A stretch of DNA of 64,000 nucleotides from Aliarcobacter sp. (GTDB taxonomy: Bacteria > Campylobacterota > Campylobacteria > Campylobacterales > Arcobacteraceae): the NCBI GenBank assembly GCA_028681275.1, contig JAQUIV010000001.1, forward strand, positions 880-64,879, written 5' to 3'. The notes under the pieces were generated by a model. That model made no database searches. It was not told the DNA's origin and worked only from the letters and a program-made list of their open reading frames with translations. A program made the position numbers and the translations under genes. This document shows, piece by piece, positions 1-8,713 of the stretch. The stretch's first letter is position 1; each line of letters opens with the position of its first letter.

Positions 1-203
1 AGTATGGGAAAGTTATTGATTATTGTTTGAATGATGTAAGCATGACTTTAAAAGTTTTAACCCAACTTATTGATTATGAATTTATAGTTGACCCTCGAAA
101 TGAAGAAAATACTATAGGCATTGAGCTTCCTTTTAATATTAGAAATATTGGGCTTAATGGTTTTAGTAATAATGAAACCGATAAAACAGGAGAAAAGGTA
201 TGA
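1..203 (+). CDS. Partial (5'-truncated) DnaQ/RNase H-like 3'-5' exonuclease
   Basis: Frame 3 reads YGKVIDYCLNDVSMTLKVL (ExoIII YxxxD motif), open to TGA 201-203, overlapping next ATG. Confidence 0.6.
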   Translation, partial: YGKVIDYCLNDVSMTLKVLTQLIDYEFIVDPRNEENTIGIELPFNIRNIGLNGFSNNETDKTGEKV

Positions 204-907
204 ACAAAAATATATTTGAAATAATGGTAGAAATGCAGCACCAATTTAACAAACAAGTTGCAGAAGATTATCTTGATAAAAATTTTAACTGGAATAGTGC
301 AATTATCGTTGAAAGTGGTGAGTTATTAGAGTCAGCAGGCTTTAAGTGGTGGAAAAAACAAGTTCCAGATATGGAGAATGTAAAAGTTGAAGCTATTGAT
401 TTACTTCATTTTGTTATTAGCGAAAGTATTCAAAAAGCTTATAATGTTGGGGAAACTGGAGGCTTTGGATTAGAATGTGTAGCTAATGAATTTGAATATA
501 GATTTAATAGTCAATTCGTTTTAACTGGAAATGAAACTTTAATTAAAATGATTGACTTATTAAATTTTGATGATATTAATAGATTTAATATTTTAAAAAT
601 GATTTTTATTCAATTAAATATGAGTAATAAAGATATTTATATAGCTTATATCACTAAAAATTGCTTGAATAAATTTAGACAAGACTTTGGATATAAAGAT
701 GGAAGTTATATCAAAGACTGGAATGGAAAAGAAGATAATGTTGTTGCTTTTGAGTTAGCTAATAAAATTGGAGCTACAGAAAATCTATTTAAAGAACTTT
801 ACAATGATCTAAAAAAAATATATGTATGCAATATAGCATTTTCAAAAGATAAAGAAATTCCTTTAAATGATATAGATTATAAAAAAGCTTTAGATACAGA
901 AGTATAA
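200..907 (+). CDS. dut: Dimeric (all-alpha) dUTPase
   Basis: ESGELLES, KWWKK, EAIDLLHF, KNCLNKFRQDFGY, WNGKEDN motifs of the dUTPase_2 family. Confidence 0.9.
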   Translation: MNKNIFEIMVEMQHQFNKQVAEDYLDKNFNWNSAIIVESGELLESAGFKWWKKQVPDMENVKVEAIDLLHFVISESIQKAYNVGETGGFGLECVANEFEYRFNSQFVLTGNETLIKMIDLLNFDDINRFNILKMIFIQLNMSNKDIYIAYITKNCLNKFRQDFGYKDGSYIKDWNGKEDNVVAFELANKIGATENLFKELYNDLKKIYVCNIAFSKDKEIPLNDIDYKKALDTEV

Positions 908-911
908 AACC

Positions 912-2516
912 ATGATTCAAAATAACTCAATAGAAGCACTTAAAAATATTATTGATATTGTTGATATTATCGGTAGTGAACTTGAACTTAAGAAAAGTGG
1001 AGCAAATTTAAAAGCTTGCTGCCCTTTTCATGGTGAGAGTACTCCATCTTTTGTTCTTTCGCCAGCGAAACAAATATACCACTGCTTTGGTTGTGGTGTA
1101 GGTGGTGATGCAATTAAATTTATTCAAGAATACAATAAAATCAGCTTCTATGAGTCTATTGAAAAAATAGCAAATTATTATAACTTTACTTTAGAGTATG
1201 AAGACAATCAAAGTTCTCGTAATAATGAGTTTAAAAATACTTTAGAATCTATGAACCAATTTTATATGGCTAGTTTAGAAAAGGACCACATAGAGTACTT
1301 AAAAGATAGAGGTTTAACTTCTGAAATTATTGATGAGTGGGAAATAGGTTTTGCACCAAATAGTGAAAAACAGCTTCAATTTATTAGAAATAATCATCTA
1401 AATCTTGAAGATGTTGAGCTTGTAGGGATTACAGCAAAAGAAAAAGAAAGAACTTATGCAAGATTTATCAATAGAGTTATGTTTCCTATTAGAACTCATA
1501 GCAATAAGTTAGTTGGTTTTAGTGGAAGAATATTACAAGGAGATAGAGCTAAATATCTTAATTCACCATCTACTAAGTTGTTTGATAAATCAAGACTATT
1601 TTTTGGTTTTAATAAAGCAAAAGAGAGCATATATAAAAAAGGTATTGCAGTTGTTGTTGAGGGTGCTTTAGATGTAATTATGTTACATCAAGAGGGTATT
1701 AAAACGGCTATTGCAACACTTGGAACTGCTTTAACTGTACATCATATTCCTATTTTAGCTCAAGCTGCAAAAAAAGTACTTATTGCTTATGATGGAGATA
1801 ATGCAGGAAGAGTTGCTGCATATAAAGCTAGTTTACTTTTAAGTACTCATGGCATAGAAGCTGATGTTTGTTTTTTTGAACAAAGTGAAGACCCAGCGAG
1901 TATGTTAAAAGCTGGTAGAAAAAATGAATTAGTGGCTATTTTAAAAAATGCAACTAACTCTATAAAATTTATTTTATCAACTATTGTATCAAATTATGAG
2001 ATTAGTAATCCTCACCAAAAAAATAAAGCTTTGAGTGAAGCAACAGCTTTTTTAAAATCTTTACCATCTTTATTGGTAGCAAATGAGTATAAAGGTTTTT
2101 TAGCTTCATTATTAAAAATTAATTCAGAATTTATCACTTTAGGTCAAGTTCAAAAAGAGACAACTTCAAATATTTACTCTCAAGAAAATAGAGCAGAAAT
2201 AGCACTATTTAAAAGTATTGTTGAAAATCCATCTTGGCTAGATGAAATGATGGGGGTATTGGACTATGAAGCAATAGAGGATAATAAAATCTTTCAAGCT
2301 TTATTTGATGGAGATTTTAATAATGAGATTTTAATACCTTTAAAAATAAGGGATGATATTCCTATTTACTCTAAAGAAGATTATATTTTAGCTCTTAAAA
2401 TAAAACAAAAAGACTTTTTAAAAGAGAAATTAAAAAAACTAAGCCAAAGTGATGATATTAATATTTTTAGTGAAATATCAAGAATACAGAAAGAACTAAA
2501 AACTATAAAAATTTAA
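912..2516 (+). CDS. dnaG: Phage DNA primase (DnaG type)
   Basis: CPFH...HCFGC zinc finger, KYLNSP, TOPRIM VVEGALD and YDGDNAG. Confidence 0.95.
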   Translation: MIQNNSIEALKNIIDIVDIIGSELELKKSGANLKACCPFHGESTPSFVLSPAKQIYHCFGCGVGGDAIKFIQEYNKISFYESIEKIANYYNFTLEYEDNQSSRNNEFKNTLESMNQFYMASLEKDHIEYLKDRGLTSEIIDEWEIGFAPNSEKQLQFIRNNHLNLEDVELVGITAKEKERTYARFINRVMFPIRTHSNKLVGFSGRILQGDRAKYLNSPSTKLFDKSRLFFGFNKAKESIYKKGIAVVVEGALDVIMLHQEGIKTAIATLGTALTVHHIPILAQAAKKVLIAYDGDNAGRVAAYKASLLLSTHGIEADVCFFEQSEDPASMLKAGRKNELVAILKNATNSIKFILSTIVSNYEISNPHQKNKALSEATAFLKSLPSLLVANEYKGFLASLLKINSEFITLGQVQKETTSNIYSQENRAEIALFKSIVENPSWLDEMMGVLDYEAIEDNKIFQALFDGDFNNEILIPLKIRDDIPIYSKEDYILALKIKQKDFLKEKLKKLSQSDDINIFSEISRIQKELKTIKI

Positions 2517-2665
2517 CTGGTGCAAAGATATAAGCCAGTTTAGGATTTTCCGCCTATATTCATGTCGCTTAATTTATATCGAACCATAGCTTGCAAAACT
2601 TAAGAACCCGTTTGAGTTTGATTAGCATTAGTTGCTCGAAAGAGTTTATTTTTTTAGATGTGTCG

Positions 2666-2697
2666 GTCACTCTATTCTCAGCATAGAGTGACTTTTA
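2666..2697 (+). terminator. Intrinsic terminator-like hairpin after dnaG
   Basis: GTCACTCTAT-7nt-ATAGAGTGAC followed by TTTT. Confidence 0.6.
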
Positions 2698-2756
2698 TTA
2701 AACAAAATTTACAAAAAATGTAAGTTTTGTTTAGTGAAAAATATGGAGGTATAAAA

Positions 2757-2984
2757 ATGAAATGGTATGTGTTTAGAAATAAATCTTGTTTCCATAAAAT
2801 AAAAGCTAAGAATGAAAAAGAAGCCAAATTACTACTTATAGTTAGACAGAACAGGGCATTTATATATTTTAAGCTAGTGGGAGTATTTGAAACTAAATTT
2901 TGGGCCAAAAACTATATAGCATGGAATAAAGATAAGGGATATATAAATCAAGAGAATTTTTTACTTGAAAATGATGTTAAATAA
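2757..2984 (+). CDS. Phage hypothetical protein
   Basis: GGAGG RBS before ATG 2757. Confidence 0.6.
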   Translation: MKWYVFRNKSCFHKIKAKNEKEAKLLLIVRQNRAFIYFKLVGVFETKFWAKNYIAWNKDKGYINQENFLLENDVK

Positions 2985-3010
2985 ATTAAGAATATAGAGG
3001 AGTAGCAATA

Positions 3011-3157
3011 ATGAATAATTCATGTCTTTTTATAAGACAAAATTGGAATTTAGTAAAGAGGCAAAAAAGACTTTTAGGTAATAAAAAAAGACTTGCAAAA
3101 GAAGAGTTAAAGATGAAAGTTTTACAAGAAAAATATTTAGAAAAAGTAGGAGTTTAA
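3011..3157 (+). CDS. Small basic phage hypothetical protein (48 aa, not in ORF track)
   Basis: GAGGAG RBS, open frame MNNSCLFIRQNW...KVGV* abutting next ATG. Confidence 0.45.
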   Translation: MNNSCLFIRQNWNLVKRQKRLLGNKKRLAKEELKMKVLQEKYLEKVGV

Positions 3158-3158
3158 A

Positions 3159-3662
3159 ATGATTAGAAATATGAAAGCATTAGATAGAGCAATTGAATTT
3201 TTCACAATTTGTAATGATAAAGAAATTAGTTGTCAATCCGCAATTAATGATTTACTAGAATTAAAAAAAGAGCTTGAAGAGTATGAACAAAAATTTAATC
3301 AAAAAGAGTTCGAATATAGAACTCAATGCCAAAATCTTGTATCAGCTGGTAGAGTTGAAGCTGATGATATGCCTGATAGATTAGCGGAGCTTGAAAAGGT
3401 AATTTTAGAGTATCACTTAGACAAAGGCTATGAAGTTGGTGTTGGTGGTTGGAATTTTAAAGTCCACATAGACACATTTTATAAATGGAAATTACTATTT
3501 ATTATGTTTACTGATAAAGGAAAATACTCTGAACCAGAGTTGATTTACCAAAATTTGTCAGAAACCACCAAAGAAATGTGGGATAAAGCAATAGCTCATT
3601 TCTCTTCTCCTCAAAATGAGGTGACGGATATGAATAATGATTTACCTAATAGCACCAACTAA
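3159..3662 (+). CDS. Phage hypothetical protein
   Basis: AGGAG RBS, tightly packed operon. Confidence 0.75.
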   Translation: MIRNMKALDRAIEFFTICNDKEISCQSAINDLLELKKELEEYEQKFNQKEFEYRTQCQNLVSAGRVEADDMPDRLAELEKVILEYHLDKGYEVGVGGWNFKVHIDTFYKWKLLFIMFTDKGKYSEPELIYQNLSETTKEMWDKAIAHFSSPQNEVTDMNNDLPNSTN

Positions 3663-3855
3663 ACCAATCATTATAACTGATAAAAAACAGCAGATAGTAA
3701 AAAATCAATATTTACAATCTTCAAAAGATGATTTAGTTTTTTATACAGGTGTCATGACTTATGAATGTGCAGCTATTACACTTGAAAGTTACAGGAGCTG
3801 CTTTCCTGAGTATGAGCATGAAATGAAAAGTATTAATTTACAGCAGGAGTTATAA
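3637..3855 (+). CDS. Phage hypothetical protein
   Basis: Overlapping coupled ORF. Confidence 0.6.
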   Translation: MIYLIAPTKPIIITDKKQQIVKNQYLQSSKDDLVFYTGVMTYECAAITLESYRSCFPEYEHEMKSINLQQEL

Positions 3856-3856
3856 G

Positions 3857-4048
3857 ATGTTTTTATCAATAGAAGAAAAAGAAAAACAATTAAATGGTAA
3901 GCGATATAAAGTAATATCTATGGCTATTCAAAAAAGAACACAAAAAGGAGAAGTTGTATCTCATGAAATGGAAATTGATTTACATTATTGCTGGATGATA
4001 ACTATGAAAGATATTAAGCAATCAATTGGAGATAAAAAAAATGACTAA
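3857..4048 (+). CDS. Phage hypothetical protein
   Basis: AGGAG RBS, coupled. Confidence 0.6.
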   Translation: MFLSIEEKEKQLNGKRYKVISMAIQKRTQKGEVVSHEMEIDLHYCWMITMKDIKQSIGDKKND

Positions 4049-4469
4049 ATTAAAACAATTAAATCCAAACTTTCCAAATGGAGATTGTCAAAGAACTGTA
4101 TTTGCTTGTTTATTGGGATATGAAAAACCTGATTTAATTCCAAACTTTACAGAAATGGAAGATTCACAAGAAGAAATGGAAAATAAATTTGTTGAAAATA
4201 TAATGAATTGGCTTGATAGTAATAATTTATACTATGTAGAAATGCCAATAGATGGATTTAAACAATCTTCTTTTATTCCTTTAGGTTTATGTACTGTTGT
4301 TGGTAAAAGTCCAAGAGGAGACTATAACCATATTGTAATTGGAGAGATAAAACTGGTTGATAATAGATATGAGCTTCATTTTATTTGGGATACAAGCCCT
4401 TTCCATGATGGAGTTTTTTTACATACAGTTGAAACAGTTGGATTTTTGAGTAAGAAGATTGGAGAATAA
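4041..4469 (+). CDS. Phage hypothetical protein (possible papain-like fold)
   Basis: GDCQRTVFACLLG ... HIVIG ... WDTSP resembles a C/H/D arrangement; GGAG RBS. Confidence 0.65.
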   Translation: MTKLKQLNPNFPNGDCQRTVFACLLGYEKPDLIPNFTEMEDSQEEMENKFVENIMNWLDSNNLYYVEMPIDGFKQSSFIPLGLCTVVGKSPRGDYNHIVIGEIKLVDNRYELHFIWDTSPFHDGVFLHTVETVGFLSKKIGE

Positions 4470-4473
4470 AATA

Positions 4474-4785
4474 ATGACAAGAGAAGAAGCAAATATATGG
4501 ATAGAAAATACTTTTAGTGATTTTACTAAAGAAGAGGATAGAGAAGAATCTATATCTTTTTTAGTTAAAAGAATATTTGATGATTTTGAGAAAAACTCAG
4601 TAAATAAAGAAGATGATAAATGCAAACATATAAATGGAAGACCAAGTTATGAATATTGGATTTGTAGTGATTGTGGTTCAATAAAAACAGATAGTAACGA
4701 TAGCTGGGGTATAGCAAAAAATAAATGGTTCAACAATGAATCAGAAGCTAAATTTTATAAAAACAATGGATATTTACCAAAATAA
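4474..4785 (+). CDS. Phage hypothetical protein with CxxC
   Basis: GGAG RBS; CKH...CSDCG. Confidence 0.65.
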   Translation: MTREEANIWIENTFSDFTKEEDREESISFLVKRIFDDFEKNSVNKEDDKCKHINGRPSYEYWICSDCGSIKTDSNDSWGIAKNKWFNNESEAKFYKNNGYLPK

Positions 4786-4802
4786 AAAGGACAATAAATA
4801 AG

Positions 4803-5144
4803 ATGGAATTAGAACGTATATTAAAACTAATGCAAAATGCTCAAGTAGGTATGGAAGAAGATAATACAGTTTATGCAACTGCTGCACTTGATGATGCAAT
4901 AATTGAACTTAAAAAAATTATAGAAGATGGCAATAGTACAAAAGGTGTGATTGCAAATACTAATTCTAAAGAAGATAAAGAGGTAGTGACACTTATACCA
5001 GTTATATTAGAAGATGTTAATGAACTTGAATTTTGGAAACAAGCTTATATAGCTGCTTTAAATTCAAGATATGATGTTCTCCCTGAAATAATAGCAGATT
5101 CGACAATTATAAAACTTAGAGAAAGAGGAGTAAAAGTTTTATGA
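4803..5144 (+). CDS. Phage hypothetical protein
   Basis: AAGGA RBS, operon context. Confidence 0.7.
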   Translation: MELERILKLMQNAQVGMEEDNTVYATAALDDAIIELKKIIEDGNSTKGVIANTNSKEDKEVVTLIPVILEDVNELEFWKQAYIAALNSRYDVLPEIIADSTIIKLRERGVKVL

Positions 5145-5788
5145 GCAAACCAATCCTATTTAATACTGAAATGGTAAAAGCTATTCTTGATGAAAGAAAA
5201 ACACAAACTAGAAGAGTATTTTCAAAAACTCAATTAAAATATTTTGATTATGCACAAAAACTTGGTGAAATGAATAGTTTAGAGAATTTACATGAGAATG
5301 ACTTTTCATATATATTACAATTTTCTAAATATAAAATTGACGATATTCTTTATGTAAGAGAACCTGTAAAAGTAATGAGTCCACCAATTGAAACTTGTAG
5401 AAAAATGGCTTTAAAATATTTAGCTGATAATTTATATGCTGATATAGTTTTAGACAAAGAATTTGATATATCAAAAAAGTGGATACAAAGATGTCAAGGT
5501 GTTCCAAATGGTTGTATAAAAGAAATGGCTCGTATCTTCTTAAAAGTTATAAAGGTAAGAGTTGAGAGATTACAAGATATAACACTTGCGGACATGATAT
5601 GCGAGGGAATAAATCATATACAAGAATATAGTACAGGTAAAGTGGTAAAACCATTTACTCAAATAAAAAGAGAGTTTATTAAACTTTGGAACTCAACTGC
5701 AAAAGATGGTTATAAATATGAAGATAATCCACCTATATTTGTTTATGAGTTTGAGAGGATAATAGGTAGTGATAAAATTTATATATAG
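5141..5788 (+). CDS. ASCH/PUA-like phage protein
   Basis: PILFNTEMVKAILDERKTQTRR, LYVREP, RIFLKVIKVRVERLQDI, NPPIFVYEF. Confidence 0.8.
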   Translation: MSKPILFNTEMVKAILDERKTQTRRVFSKTQLKYFDYAQKLGEMNSLENLHENDFSYILQFSKYKIDDILYVREPVKVMSPPIETCRKMALKYLADNLYADIVLDKEFDISKKWIQRCQGVPNGCIKEMARIFLKVIKVRVERLQDITLADMICEGINHIQEYSTGKVVKPFTQIKREFIKLWNSTAKDGYKYEDNPPIFVYEFERIIGSDKIYI

Positions 5789-5987
5789 TCTATTTAAGAA
5801 AAAAACAATATGTGATAAAGAGGGACATATCTATAACAAAGAAAATACACAAATAGACTTAGATGAAAATAGTCTTATAAGATTGTCAGAATTTGAAACA
5901 GATTATAAAAACAAATGTACAAGATGTAATTATGTATTAAGGTGGACTCATACCCCTTTTGGAAACTGGAAAAATAAAGATAAATAA
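5769..5987 (+). CDS. Small Zn-ribbon phage protein
   Basis: CDKEGH...CTRC. Confidence 0.55.
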   Translation: MIKFIYSLFKKKTICDKEGHIYNKENTQIDLDENSLIRLSEFETDYKNKCTRCNYVLRWTHTPFGNWKNKDK

Positions 5988-5996
5988 GGATAAATA

Positions 5997-6485
5997 ATGA
6001 GCAAAACAATTAAATTTAAAACTGATAATAAACCATATAACATAATGGCAGAAGATGAAAGATATATTATTTGTAGCAGAGTATATTCAGTTCAAGAATC
6101 AAAAGAAGAAGCTGAACAATGGGATAAAGATTTAGAATCTAAATTAAAAGAGCATTGGGAAGATTTGGATGAGTTAGAAAAACTAAAATGGGATGATGAC
6201 TTTGAATATTGGTCAGGTGATTCTAAAGAAGCATTTAATAAAGAGCAAGAAATAAAATATCTTGAACTAGGAGAAAGACCAACAGAATTTAAAGAAGATA
6301 CTCAATGTTATACCATAGTAGATAAAAAAGAGAAAATTAGAGGAGCAGATAATCATTACACAAAATTTAATTACTTAAATAGTGAAGAATGTAAACAAGC
6401 ACTACATGAATTAAATAGCGGTCAATTAGAAATTTCAAGAAGAAATAAAATAGAACTTGATATTGAGGAGATTGAAAATGATTAG
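5997..6485 (+). CDS. Phage hypothetical protein
   Basis: AAGGA RBS; GADNHY...LNSGQLEISRRN motif. Confidence 0.7.
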   Translation: MSKTIKFKTDNKPYNIMAEDERYIICSRVYSVQESKEEAEQWDKDLESKLKEHWEDLDELEKLKWDDDFEYWSGDSKEAFNKEQEIKYLELGERPTEFKEDTQCYTIVDKKEKIRGADNHYTKFNYLNSEECKQALHELNSGQLEISRRNKIELDIEEIEND

Positions 6486-6704
6486 TGGTTCATTTTTTGA
6501 TGCAATAAAAGATTTGATAAAATAATAAAGGGATAAATAGGATGAATAATCTATCTGAAAAAGAAAAAGCAGCATTACAGGAGTTAAGAGAAAATGGAAT
6601 CACTGTTATTAAATAAAAAACCAATAGCAAATTAAATAGTATTTGGTGATTTTGAAAAGATTAAGCATAATTCTACTCTTGAGAGAAAAGAGTTTATTAT
6701 AGAT

Positions 6705-7172
6705 TTGATTTATATTGCAATCGCAAAGGCTATACTTGAAGTTGCAGTAAATGATACATTTATAAATGACCCTGATATTATTTCTATTCATAAAAATAAA
6801 AAGAGAAAAGAGTATAAAAAGATTAAAGAAGGTCTTGAATTTATTAATAAAAAAATAGAAAATGTTTATTATCGTTTAGAAGAAAGAGACGGGAATAATG
6901 CTCAAGTAAAAGCGGTCAAACTAGCAGTTCCTTTTATCAAAACATTATCTAAATACAAAGATGTGAGTCTTGAATTATTATCTATAACTGTATTTGATTA
7001 TGGACTAAATCGTAAAAGAAAAACTAAATTAAATCCTGCCTTGAAACCATTTGCTGATTATCGTTTTTTATATGGAAAACTTGCAGCAAAAGTAGAAGAA
7101 GCTGGAGTTAGAGAAAATGAAAAAGAAGTTGAAATTATAAAAGAGTTAATGAAATCTATTAAATATAAATAA
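6705..7172 (+). CDS. Phage hypothetical protein; true start may be ATG 6594 with in-frame TAA at 6633
   Basis: 155-aa open frame lacking a good start; same-frame ATG with AGGAG upstream at 6594. Confidence 0.6.
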   Translation: MIYIAIAKAILEVAVNDTFINDPDIISIHKNKKRKEYKKIKEGLEFINKKIENVYYRLEERDGNNAQVKAVKLAVPFIKTLSKYKDVSLELLSITVFDYGLNRKRKTKLNPALKPFADYRFLYGKLAAKVEEAGVRENEKEVEIIKELMKSIKYK

Positions 7173-7193
7173 GAAGAGATACCTTATCTCTTC
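7173..7193 (+). terminator. Hairpin ending the early operon
   Basis: GAAGAGATA-CCT-TATCTCTTC directly after the stop. Confidence 0.5.
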
Positions 7194-7223
7194 AAAAATA
7201 TCGCCAGCGAAATTAATCAAAAT

Positions 7224-7262
7224 TTACCCCCCCTTTTTATAACTCTAATATTTTCTTAAAAT
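7224..7262 (+). promoter_or_regulatory. Putative late promoter 1
   Basis: TTACCCCCCCTTTTTATA, 15 bp, TAAAAT; same architecture at 28681 and 37409. Confidence 0.75.
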
Positions 7263-7289
7263 TTATATATCTTTAAACAAAGGTTTATA

Positions 7290-8705
7290 ATGCAAGAAAA
7301 TAAATTCACATATAGCCCTCAACTAATAAGCACTATTGCAGAAACTAATAAACAAAATGCTGGTACACATATAGCTAAATTATTTGATGATTTAGGAAAT
7401 GTAGAAGAGTATAAATATAAAAAACAAGAAGAAGCTCAAGATAAAGCAATTAAAAAAGAGATTGAAAGTATCAATCTTGATGCAGTAAAAAATCAAGCTC
7501 AAGATAAACAAAACTTTATGAAATATGTAAAACTTGGAGTTCCACTTGAAGATAGCGGTTTAGAGTTCAAAACACCTGAATACTATTCTTTAGCAAATGA
7601 TTTTGGGAGAAAAGAGAAAAGTTTATCTGATGCAGAAGCAATAAAATATAATGCTTCTGAAGCAAATCGAATGTTTGCAAAAAATGGAGTATTTGATGAA
7701 AATGCATTTTATACTCATATGGATAATAAGCTAAAAAATAAAGAAATCAATGATCAAGTATATGCAGAAGTAATTGATGGAGTAAATAAAGCTAGAAAAG
7801 GTGGAATTTATAAAGAAAAGACTGATAATTCAATATATACAACCGACTATAAAAATCATTTACTTCAAAAAATGGACCCTAGTTTTAATCCTAATAGTGG
7901 TTATGGAAGTGGTGGCTCAACTAATGAAATTAAAAATTATAGAGCCTACAAAGAGTCAATGATTGCTGACGGGAAAACACCTATCCCTTATTATGCTTGG
8001 GCAGAAGATAAAGATTTAGATAAAAATATGGGGATGGGAGTTAAAGATATGAATTATGTAGATAGCCTTGTAGCCAAAGCCTTATCCTCAAATGACCCTA
8101 TTGAAAAAGCAAATGCAGGTAATAAATATAGAAATATTAATAAAGATGCTATTGAATCAGATAAATATTTTAGAGGGCTTGCTCCAACTGTATATCAACT
8201 TGAGGAGGCTCAAAAGCTAGTACAAAAAGGTGGTGCTGGTGCTGGTGATGAAATAAAAAATCAATTCTCAACATGGACTGGATTAGATTGGGATAATACA
8301 ACGCAAGAGGGAAGAACTGCATTTTTATCAGTATTACAACCTTTAGCTAAATCCTCAATGACTGGCTCAGTATCAGATAGAGATATGAAAACTTTGGAAT
8401 CATCATTTGCAACTTTATATCAAAGTGATAAAGCTGTTGCAAATGCCTTACAAAATAAAGCTAAACAAATGCTATTTACAGCAAAAACTTACGAAGAAGC
8501 TCATCCAACTTATGTAAAATTAAGAGGTTATGATAAAAGTATAGGTATGTTAGAAAAGATTGTAAATGGTCAAGTTTCTGACAAAAAAGAAGAAGATAAA
8601 AAAGTAGAAATTATTTATGATGCAAGAAATCCTAATAATCCAAAAGTTGAACAAAAACAAGAAATTCCAGTTCAAACTCCACAAATAAAATTCATTTATG
8701 AATAG
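7290..8705 (+). CDS. Putative virion ejection (DNA transfer) protein
   Basis: Helical 471-aa protein with GSVSDRDM motif, ahead of the large ejection protein and portal. Confidence 0.6.
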   Translation: MQENKFTYSPQLISTIAETNKQNAGTHIAKLFDDLGNVEEYKYKKQEEAQDKAIKKEIESINLDAVKNQAQDKQNFMKYVKLGVPLEDSGLEFKTPEYYSLANDFGRKEKSLSDAEAIKYNASEANRMFAKNGVFDENAFYTHMDNKLKNKEINDQVYAEVIDGVNKARKGGIYKEKTDNSIYTTDYKNHLLQKMDPSFNPNSGYGSGGSTNEIKNYRAYKESMIADGKTPIPYYAWAEDKDLDKNMGMGVKDMNYVDSLVAKALSSNDPIEKANAGNKYRNINKDAIESDKYFRGLAPTVYQLEEAQKLVQKGGAGAGDEIKNQFSTWTGLDWDNTTQEGRTAFLSVLQPLAKSSMTGSVSDRDMKTLESSFATLYQSDKAVANALQNKAKQMLFTAKTYEEAHPTYVKLRGYDKSIGMLEKIVNGQVSDKKEEDKKVEIIYDARNPNNPKVEQKQEIPVQTPQIKFIYE

Positions 8706-8713
8706 GATATAAC

